DNA of 64,000 bases from positions 18,240,464-18,304,463 of the forward strand of contig NC_043011.1 of assembly GCF_006345805.1 (NCBI RefSeq), in the 5' to 3' direction. The notes under the pieces are model-generated. The model saw only the letters and a list, made by a program, of their open reading frames with translations, was not told where the DNA came from and did no database searches. This stretch comes from Octopus sinensis. Lineage: Eukaryota. Of this stretch, positions 53,880 through 64,000 are shown one piece after another. Numbering within the stretch: the stretch's first letter is position 1; each line of letters opens with the position of its first letter. The translations under genes and the position numbers were made by a program.

Positions 53880-55568
53880 TAATTGGAATTTACATAAAAA
53901 CAAACGATGAAACAGGAGTATAAGCAACAAGAATCAGTATTTGTTTGACGTTGGAGAAAGTAAGAATGTATTTTATGTTTCGAGACTACGCTCTTCAACA
54001 GAAAGTTATAAGAGAAAATAACCAGAGGGAGAGAAAATTTTAAAAAAAACTTGTGGATTTAGTCATCAGGCGTGGCAACTGTTTAGGAAAGAAGGTGAGA
54101 CAGTAAAGTATTGGCGAAACCAAAACGTAGTTGTTCGTGCGTGTGTGTAAGTGAAAATGTGTGAGGTGTGTGTTAGTATGTGTGGGTAGGAAATAGTGAC
54201 GGTGACGTGTGGATGTGTGCGTGTGCATGTTCTTCTGCAATGCATGGATGTGTAGTTGACAGTGTTTGGTAGTGCGGATAATGGTGTGTGAGTGTGCAGA
54301 AGATCGAGTGTGGTGAGTGTGCTGGGGAGTGCTGGAAGTGTGGGGATGCGGGGTTCAGGATGTTCGTGTGGAGGTGCAGGGCTGAGGATGTGGATGCGGG
54401 GTATGTAGATGTGGGATGTGGTGCTGGAGTGGGTATTAATGAAAAGAGAACGTAAATAGAGGGAGTAGGTGTCCCATGAAGAGAGGAGAGGAGGGAAGTC
54501 AGATGAAGAGAGGAGGCGAGCTGATCCCATGTGGCGCAAAGGAATGAAGAGAGAAGATTAATAATGGTCCACGGCGAAGACGAGTGTCCGGATGGCCCTT
54601 CTCCAAAGACAATCTGAATACAGACGCGTTGTAGTGAAGACCAACAGAGAGGAAATGGCACGAGACCGGTGTGTCATTGCCGAGTCTGATGCCCCGGAGT
54701 TGTTCTGCGAACCGGTCAACCAAGTGGTGTCCCGTTAGACCGATGTAGAGAGAATAGCAGAAAGATAAGGAGATAGAGTAGATGACTTTGCTAGAAATGC
54801 AAGTAAAGGAGTTGATGATATGGTTGGAAATATGATGGTTGATGTTGGAGAGGTGGGGGCAAGTTCGGCAGGGTGGGCGGGAGCAGTGAAACGAGCCAGG
54901 CTGGGAGGTGGTGTTACGGAGGAATCTGTGTGCTCGTTTGAATGAAGAAAGGGGTAGGCTGGGAAGATGTTAGAGGGGTAGGTATCGGACTGGAGTCGTC
55001 AGAAGGCACGGAGAATGATGCGTTGCAGGAGCAGGCTAGATGGGTGATAGGTGAGAGGAAATGGGAGAAGGGCAACGCCAGTGTGGGTGCAGGGAGAGAG
55101 AGTAGAGTCACAGGCCATGGAACGTGCTCTGGCAGGGGCTGTGTGGATAGTGGTGAGGTGATATCCACAAAGAATGAATTGGCAGGCCATGAATTGTGAC
55201 TAAGTTTCAAAGTCATTGTTCTCATTGCAGAGCCTGAGCAGACGGAGAAATTGGGAGTAGGGGATGGAATGATTTGTGTGGGCAAGGTGGCAAGAAGAGA
55301 GGTTAATGTATGAGTGTGAGTCGGTGTATTTCTAGTGGATCGAGGTAGCGACAGCCGAGTGGTTTGTGTTGACTGAGATGTCACTAATTGCGACGGAAGT
55401 GTTGGAGTGTACAGAAGAATTCGGGCGCAGGATAGAAGGACTGGATGAAAGAGTGGAATGAGTCTAGCTGTTCGCGGGAGAGTGAGGGTGCGCCGATACC
55501 CTCAGTAATATAACGACCGTATAATTCGTCCGTGGAACCAGTGAATCCTGAGAAAATTTTGGCCCCGA
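53880..55568 (-). mobile_element. Second, distinct decayed Penelope-like element (RT C-half, thumb, Cys linker, GIY-YIG, 3' region)
   Basis: Minus strand LYGRYITEGIG (degenerate RYIDD), KYTDSHSY..SIPYSQFLRLLRLC, LTYHP, CSRPPCRTCP, FTCISSKVIYSI..LYIGLTGHHLVDRFAEQLRGIR..PVSCHF. Confidence 0.9.
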
Positions 55569-55610
55569 ATATATGTATATGTGCGTGCGTGTGTGTGTAC
55601 ATATATATAT

Positions 55611-55651
<41 letters not shown>

Positions 55652-56335
55652 TACATATATATACATAATTGATATATTTGTGCAACAGTCATCTACGAGC
55701 TTTATGATTTTATGAAATATTAGGACGATAATGATTGTTGTATGCACTAAAAAGAATGCCTGCAAATGCGCCTATATATCGATATATCTAAAAGGAAAAG
55801 CGAAAATATACGTAATAATGCTATAGATTTGATGCAGTATTTAACATTTACTAATAAAAATACTGGATGATATTCTGGTGTCTAACAATTATTCTTTTAT
55901 TGTAATAATACTTAATCAATTCCCGTTTTATTCATCCTATTCTAGGGAAATTTTCTTACAATATTTCTAATGGAGAAAAACCAAGTAAAGTTTTTGCAAG
56001 CGGTATTTCATTTCACAGAGCATCATTTTTAAGGCTTTACATTACAATATTCTGACAATATTGTAGAGATTGTTAAAATCTCCTAAGTCAGATTCAATAG
56101 ACATTCTATATTACCAAATAATTATTCAAGTAATGCTTAAGTAGCTTAACAAAAGTTTGCTATTCCTCCCAGCATTTTGCTTTTTAATTACACGAGGAAC
56201 TATGATAACAATAACTCCTGGTAATTAGCTGCAATCATTATGACAGCTTCTCACTGTATTTACAAGAATATTTAGTTTAATACAATAGACTGATTGCAAA
56301 TTACTAAGATTTCAACGAAGAAATACTGATCGTGA

Positions 56336-56355
56336 TTATAATAATAATAATAATG

Positions 56356-56417
<62 letters not shown>

Positions 56418-56422
56418 TATTA

Positions 56423-56459
<37 letters not shown>

Positions 56460-56493
56460 GTTGTTGTTGTTGTTGTTATTATTATTATTATTA

Positions 56494-56542
<49 letters not shown>

Positions 56543-56553
56543 CATTATTATTA
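56336..56553. repeat. (AAT)n directly followed by (ATT)n: inverted microsatellite pair
   Basis: Directly visible; strand switch near 56412. Confidence 0.93.
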
Positions 56554-56640
56554 TCAGCGGTGGTGCCCCAGCATGGCCGCGGCCTTCGGGCTAAAACATT
56601 TTTAAGGATTTAAGGATTATTATTATTATTATACTGTTAC

Positions 56641-57400
56641 GGTAAAACAGTCAGCCACCTCTTATATATGGATGACGTAAAACTGTACGCTACAAATGAT
56701 TAAACAGCTGGAAACATTACAACAGACAGTACATGGATTTAGCAAAGAAATAAATTTGAAATTTGGCTTAGAAGAATGTGTCAAAGCAACCTTGAAAATA
56801 GGAAAACTAGTAAAGAGTAGCAACATGACACTAGACAAAACAAATGACGTAAGAGAATTAGACCAACGCCAACCATGCAGATATTTAGGAATCAATGACC
56901 TAGATTCGCAAGAACACACACAAATGAAAGAGAAAATATACACGAGTTAGATTAATACTGAAAACAGAGCTCAATACGAAAAACAAGCTACTAAGCATCA
57001 ACACTCTAGCTGTGCCAGTTATAAGATACAGGTACAATATTCCCAACAAGACACTAAATAAACTAACCAAAATTATGACAGGATCCAGGATGCACCACCC
57101 AAAATCGGACATAGAAAGATTATATATACAACGTTTAGTAAGTGGTAGAGGCCTTATGCAGCTAGAAAACTATTAGAAAGTAACCGCCAGAGGACTTCAA
57201 AAATATCTAGTTGTGAAGCAAGGAAAACTAATACAAATAGCCCAAAAACACGAACAAAAACTTGTTTCAGTGTTTAAGGAAGCTGACAAATAGAAAAAAT
57301 AATCTATACAACCAAATAACTATAAAGATGTAAAGGCAAGAAAAGCTGTAAAAAAATGAAATCCAAACTAAAACTAGAACGGCAACTGACCTTGATAAAT
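56641..57400 (+). mobile_element. R4/Dong-like LINE RT fragment
   Basis: GKTVSHLLYMDDVKLYA, FSKEINLKFGLEEC, RYLGI, ILKTELNTKNKLLSINTLAVPVIRY, MHHPKSDIERLYI.R..GRGLMQLE. Confidence 0.9.
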
Positions 57401-57520
57401 GCAGCAGCAGTAGTAGTAGTAGTAGTAGCAGCAGCAGCAGCAGCATTAGTGGTAGTAGTAGTAGTTGTAGTAGTAGTAGTAGTAGTAGTAATGAAATTAA
57501 TAATATACAACAACAATAGC

Positions 57521-57563
<43 letters not shown>

Positions 57564-57608
57564 TAATAATATAATAATAATAATAATAACAATAATAGTA
57601 GTAATAAT
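57400..57608. repeat. (GCA/GTA)n then (AAT)n microsatellite
   Basis: Directly visible. Confidence 0.93.
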
Positions 57609-57990
57609 AACTTCAAAAATCTTATTGCAGCAATAAATTCAAGAGCAGTATCTTTAATCACATATAGAGTTGGAATTAATTAATGGAATGGAAACGATAT
57701 ATTGAGCCCACCACCAGAAAGCTAATATGAACCGGTTGTACTTCAGAAGAGGCCAGATGAAGAGACTTAACAACAGTAGAATGCTTCCAGATGGAAAGAA
57801 AAAGACTAGTAGAATATTTACAGAGCAGTACAGGAAGGGAGTTAAGAAAGAACAGGGGATGAAGCACGTAATAGGAGAAAAGGGCAAGTATGTAATACAA
57901 AGAGACCTCGTCAGACAGAAGTGGCATAATAACAGTAGAAGTACGGAAGTAGCTGAAACAGATCGTAAGAAAAAGTACAGTAGTATGCAG
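57609..57990 (+). mobile_element. Fragment of a second R4/Dong-like LINE subfamily (RT thumb region)
   Basis: NFKNLIAAINSRAVSLITY.VGI and HHQKANMNRLYFRRG; homologous to, but clearly different from, 56980-57150. Confidence 0.7.
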
Positions 57991-60900
57991 ATAAAAAGAA
58001 AGAGATAGAGGGAGAGAAAGAAACAGACAGATAGGCATGCAGAGAAACACACAGACAGTGACAGAGCTCGGGGAAGCAGAGAAATATTTTACTTGTTTAG
58101 GTTTTAAGATACTTGGCGTGACTATCTCGGTTATGAGTAAAATTGCCATATATATTGTAAACCTGTGCTACGTAGATGTGAAAACCTATGGCAAAGTTGA
58201 TCGTGCTAATCGCTTGGAAAAAGGGATGAATCAAAGAGAGATAATATGTGGACATTACCATAGAAGAATGGACGTGAAATATATTCTTGCACTTTTACCC
58301 CCTCACATGTATGCACATTCCAGTACACACATACGCTTTCCTACTGACATACAATAGATATCAAAATTTCCAGCTTTTCCCCATCATAAAGTATCATACG
58401 AATTATATTGTTGAGAATCCGTTGGATGGTGATTTTGAATACTTGAATTATAAAATTAGATTTCAGCGTTAGGTTTAAGAATTGTCAGTTATAATATAGT
58501 CAAGTTTGAGAGATAAAATTCTTGATTGGTTTCTGTAGGCAATTAACTTTAGATTAAGTATTCTTTTTAGGAGGAAATGGGGAATATGAGATTTTATCAG
58601 AATACGCGTAAAGTTTGTTCGTCGAATATTTTTCCTTGTTATAAGAGAAAATTCTACAAAAATATATTTATCGGATACTTATTGCGAAGTATTTTATTAA
58701 ATATTTTAACACGTGGGGATTAGGATTCTTTAAAAATAGACAAGTTTTAGAGCTTGGTTTCAGGATAAGGCTTAGTATATAAGATTTAGTATTTATCAAA
58801 TGAGTTAATATTATATTCGTGTTTATAGTATAGATTCGGTTGCGACATCAGAACCCTTTCTCGGCTTCGTGTGATTATGAACTACCAGCAACATTTATAC
58901 TCAAAGATGTTGCAATTTATTTTATTGTAAAGGTATACCGACAGATTCTACGAGCATATACTTTATGCATATAAGAAAATAGCATTCACTATATATTACC
59001 AAAGTATGGATATAGACTCGAAGCTTCTTATTCATAACAAAATGTACAAAGATTTAATAATTTTCAAACCTGTGCTATCTACTCCCTCATGCAAAAATAT
59101 AAAGAAAAATGAAAAAATGTACATAATGCTATTTTGTTTTCATGTCCATGACTTCCTGTAGCAAAATTGCTTACACAGTTCTTTTCATATATTTCCCTTA
59201 TGTAAAGTCCACCTCCACCCTCCAAGAAAAAATAAGTGTCATTTCTATGAAAATGCGAATGATTTATATTCGTTCTGCCTTCTTTTTTCTTATTTCTAGC
59301 CTCTGCTTTTACTTCACAGAAAAATTAAATTTCCAAGCAGAAACAGTATGCATGCTTAAGTAAAAAAAAAGGTAAATAAATAAATATTATCATACCGAAA
59401 GCAGGAATATGCAAATTTAGTAATATTTTTATATTCTTATTTTTCCGAAATTTGTATACTTAGGGTTTCGAGATTCGTTTCAGTTATTTCTTGCGATATA
59501 ATCAATACATAGCCATGGAATGAAGTGCAGGTTTATGAAGTGCTGAAGTATTTGAAGTGTATATTGAATATTTGATTAAAAAAATAATATAAATCCCCAG
59601 AGGAGTATCTCACTCTCTGCCTATTAATCTATCTATGTAACATTGTATTTATCTATATTTATGTATGTGTGTGCCTATCCATGTGAATGTGTTTGCTTGC
59701 GCATGTGAGATGTGTGTAGCCTTGTGGGTATGATACTGGAATCATGATCTAAATTTTAAAGCATCAGTTTATAGTTCCGATGTACGGCTTTGTATTTGAA
59801 CATGCAATTTCATTTCACATTGTTCTTGTGTTCACAACTTAATTGACAACATATACAATCTGATTTGGGGTAAGTACTTTGTATGAGAATTGTGCCCTCT
59901 CTTCAGTTAGATGTTTATATCATCAGTGATATATAGACTTTAGAAAATACTACTAGTTTGAGAATGAACTAGTTGCATTTATATATGTCACTGCATGTAG
60001 TGAGGACCTATTCAAATCTTTTACGGTTTTAAAGAGTGTAGCTCCGTCTCAAAGACACTATTGTTTTCAGTGTTACCCTGATTATCTGGTATTTCTATAG
60101 GCCCAGGTAATTAGACTATCACCGAATTATCTCCAAAGGACGTTCGCTTATAGTTATCCGTACGGAGCCAGGGAAGGTCATGGCTCTTCAGCACTTTAGC
60201 TGCTCATCTTAGAGAATGTTAATTTCATACACATTCTTCATTCTGACAAGTATTGAATGGATGACAATTCTTGCACCAGACCAATACATGTTTCAAGAAA
60301 CAGCGTGTGGTTGGTCAGGTAATAACCATGCCAGTATATGTTGGTGACCAAAGCAGGTGTCCAACACCAAAACCTCTCACTTTCTCCATAGAGCCGGTGG
60401 CGATAAGGAAGTGCCGAGAATTAAAGGCTGGCATTGGATGATTGATTTCCACATTGAAACAAGAACACTAAGAAAATTAATTTGCAAAATAATTTGACTT
60501 TACGTTTGTAAAGATCAACAATCGACTTTTCTAGTTATGCATGTGTATATGTCCATGTATGTACGTTTTCTAGAAAACTGAAGCAGGCGAGTGACATGAT
60601 AATAGCTTTTAGATTGATTTCCTGAAAAATATTTCGTAACGCCATAGGGTCTATCACCATTCCAATTTAAAAGGATTCTAACTCAACATCACATAAGGTA
60701 ACGTATACATTTAAAATACCTAGGCGACCAATCGTCTTCTATACGTTTAGAACACATCGAAGACACTGTAGGAGAATAACAGTATAAGTATATACTGTGC
60801 GTACGTAAGTGAGGGATTTTTAAAACATTTGATCAATGATATACTCTGAGAAATCTATTTTAAATCCTTCATAAAATAACCGTCTAAATAATGAAATTAA

Positions 60901-61460
60901 GAATATACTATCTTTAGTTTCTATTGCGTGGATGAATAACGTGATGAATAACAAATTGATATGCAAAAGTAAGTCCGCTTATATAGTGTGAATCCCATCA
61001 GGATGAGAGAATATACTAATGAGTTCTTCTGTAGTGGATACTAGGCTGAGTATCTACTCGTATATTAGATGCCGAGAAATACAGATTATAATGCTTATGA
61101 AAATATTGACGATTAAGACTTACGTAAGTATCTGGGATGCAAAGTAACAATGGCATTTGTAACGGTATTGAATATTCATAAATCGTGTACACTACCGAAG
61201 CAAGAACATGTTCCCGTACCATACTTCTGCTACCACCCACACAAAACGTATGAGAGATAAATAATATATAAAAACAATGTAAATCTGTTGTTGATAGAGA
61301 TGTTTCTATTATACACGTACATAAACGCACATATCTTTTAGATTTTATACACTATATATATTATATAATGTATAAAAGCAAACGTAAGCTTTTAGACATA
61401 GCCATACTTTCCTCTTTCACGTGTATACGAGAGGATGCTGAAAAGTAGCTGGTTTGGAGA

Positions 61461-61540
<80 letters not shown>

Positions 61541-61542
<2 letters not shown>

Positions 61543-61825
61543 GAGGTAACTAGAATGTGGAACCTGAAAACAGAAACAATTCCTATCATAGTAGGTGCAT
61601 TAGGCATGATAAAAAAATATTCAGACAAATACATAACAAAAACACCAGGACTTACAAACACATATAACATACAGAAAATTGCACTACTAGGCACTGCACA
61701 CATCCTACGCAGAACACTTTCCATACAATAACCATCAGAGCATCACAACAAATCACAGCACATACCCAAGGCACACAGAGCTGCGCTCGGTAGTGAAGTG
61801 AAAACACGCTATAAAAATAAAACTA

Positions 61826-61830
<5 letters not shown>
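61541..61830 (+). mobile_element. 3' end of an R4/Dong-like LINE flanked by (TAA)n on both sides
   Basis: EVTRMWNLKTETIPIIVGALGMI..IQKIALLGTAHILRRTLS* (RLE-domain C-terminus), ~100-nt 3' UTR, then (AAT)n. Confidence 0.9.
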
Positions 61831-61867
<37 letters not shown>

Positions 61868-61869
<2 letters not shown>

Positions 61870-61953
61870 CTTCAAAAATCTTATTGAAGCAATAAATTCA
61901 AGAGCATTATCTTTAATCACATATGGAGTTGGAATTAAATAATGGACTAGAAA
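61868..61953 (+). mobile_element. Short LINE fragment near-identical to 57609-57694
   Basis: AACTTCAAAAATCTTATTG.AGCAATAAATTCAAGAGCA.TATCTTTAATCACATAT.GAGTTGGAATTAA is shared. Confidence 0.8.
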
Positions 61954-62579
61954 TATTATTATTTCATTCAACATATTCCCATCTCAGATACACAAACTTA
62001 TTACAACGATCCTTCAGGTTTTCTGAACCCTGTAAACGAACTCAGAAGGTTAGAACTCCAACCAGGATTTTCGCGACACCCGTAAAACCAGGAACTTTAT
62101 TGCATCCCCACCTATATCGCCACATATAAATAGATGCAAATTGTGAGTAGCGTAGTGATTGAAGGAGCGTAAACAAAACGTGAACTGCGCAAGTCCAGGG
62201 TCAAATCTTTGCCTTTACACGTAACATACCGCTAATACTTGACGTGACTGAGACTTCCTAGCACACAAGTGATTGTTCGTCTACGGCCGGACACAGTCTG
62301 GCTCATCTTCTGGATGGGTTGTTAATGGTCATCGTCATTAATGACCGACGGACGTTCATATGTGTATTGAGATGTATGTATATGTATACATGTATACGAA
62401 TACATTTGCATATATGAAAAAGCGAATAACACTTTACGTATGTAAGCTGATGGAATAAACTGACTGAATAAGGCTTTCTCTTAATTTTACATGATTTAAA
62501 GTTTCTTGCATATAGGTAAATCCTTAGATGTCATCAGATTTAAATAGATTTAAAATTTAATATACAAGCGTCATGCATA

Positions 62580-63560
62580 CTGCTTGAGTGCATGTGGCAA
62601 GCTCTTTCAAATGATGAATTTTATATCCCTATTACTAAGGGAATCGTTAGTAGGAATATGGGTCCCATCACCTGTGGTGGTCTTGTGTATAAGATGCTGC
62701 TGTACTGTCTTTTGTGCCTTGCTCAGAAGCGCTTGCTGTTCGTCAGCCGTGGTTCGCACTATCTCTGTATCTTTTTGTATACCTCTGATTATTTCCGTTT
62801 TGAGGGATACAGAGGATATGTTGATCCCACTTCTTATGAGATCCATTTTTCCTTTCTTGCTGCACTATGACTCCGCTGATACATGTTTGATGATTTCACT
62901 CTTAAAGTTTCTGGTTGCTTTTGTCGTGAGCAGTTATCCTCTTGTCATTCCAACAAGGTTTGTGACAGGCAAAGTTTCAGTATCGTCTCCATGTTAGCAG
63001 GAGAAATTACAGACATTGGAGGCTCTCTCGGGGTCTGTTCCTGTGTTCGTACGATTTACTTTTCTTGTATTTTATGTCTTCTTCGGTTTCGGTTTGAATT
63101 TGAATTTCGGGCTTCAGGGAATCATCACATTTGCTGGTTGTATCCCCTAGTTTCCCGTGTCTGTTATTCATTACATTTCTGGTTTAACTGATATCACTAG
63201 GGCCATTGTTGTTTCTAGTACTGTTATAGGCGAATGGCGTTTGTAGTTGCTTCTTGATGTCGTCAGTTTGATCTTTATGGATTTCAGAACATTAACCGCT
63301 TTGTCTGTTGGTTTCATAATGTTGTTTAGGGAGTCGAAAATAGGAATTTTCACAATAGGTACCCGCTAATAGGTTGTTCTGCGGCGATCTTTCAGCTATG
63401 ACCCACAGTTGAAGAACGAGGCGAAGTTCCTTGATTTTACAATTTTGATGTATCTTTTTCATTTTGTTACCCTTAATTTGGCTCAGTACAAATCTGCGGC
63501 AATTGGAGTCAATTTGTTGATATCCCGTAATGTAAAGAGTTGTGCGATATTATTTGTAAC
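62580..63560 (-). mobile_element. Unclassified probable retroelement relic
   Basis: GC-raised, A-rich on the minus strand, with short protein-like ORF pieces (62607-62846, 63171-63353). No diagnostic motif identified. Confidence 0.3.
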
Positions 63561-64000
63561 TGCAAGATATAATATGGGTAACGTTTTCAAATTTAGGAGG
63601 AAGAATTACTAATACAAAGAGGTGTAAGATATTATTTTGCTGAGAGGTTTAATAAGTATAACGTTTACAATATGTGTAAAGACGAGTGAGATATTATTTA
63701 GTAGCAGAAATACTAAATACGTGTAACGCTTCTAAAGATAGGACGGTGACAAATGAAAACAACAGACGAAGGTTTCAAAAGAGAAGTAAGAGAGAAAGAG
63801 CCAGGGTGTGTATATATCGTATAAGAAGATGAAATAAAGAAATAAAGGAAAGATTATTTCAACAGCACTGTTTATGAAGATATTTCAAAAGATCGCAGAG
63901 TTTTACTGTTTACAAAGACAGTTCAAAAGATCGTAGATTGAGTAGCGAGAACCAGAAAGAAAGTTTATAAGAAAAAGGTGAGAGACCGTGAAGTTTACGA

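Noticed and set aside
54066-54661. His/Thr/Pro-rich ORFs of 157-162 aa
   Set aside because: Low-complexity 3' region and off-frames of the second Penelope-like element.

Overview
AT-rich, microsatellite-dense eukaryotic DNA. The SINE/LINE repertoire resembles an octopod cephalopod genome (recognised from memory, not searched). No host protein-coding gene is convincingly supported: nearly all listed ORFs are microsatellite read-throughs or decayed transposon pieces. Recognisable content: fragments of R4/Dong-like, Tx1/L1-like and RTE-like LINEs; two Tc1-like and one mariner transposase relics; a Gypsy LTR relic (LTR-PBS-gag-protease-start of RT); several tRNA-derived SINE families; two adjacent Penelope-like elements (PLEs) with GIY-YIG domains. 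The main result is four copies of a minimal type I hammerhead ribozyme with a compensatory U3-A8 core (UUGAAAA...GAAACCGGUC). Two lie in the inverted terminal repeats of a truncated PLE (52.4-53.7 kb). The other two sit back-to-back, 10 nt apart, at the centre of an ORF-less ~334-bp palindrome made of the same repeat (15.0-15.4 kb). Also notable is a SINE subfamily whose two insertions both sit at GGTATT. Boundaries of decayed elements are approximate.
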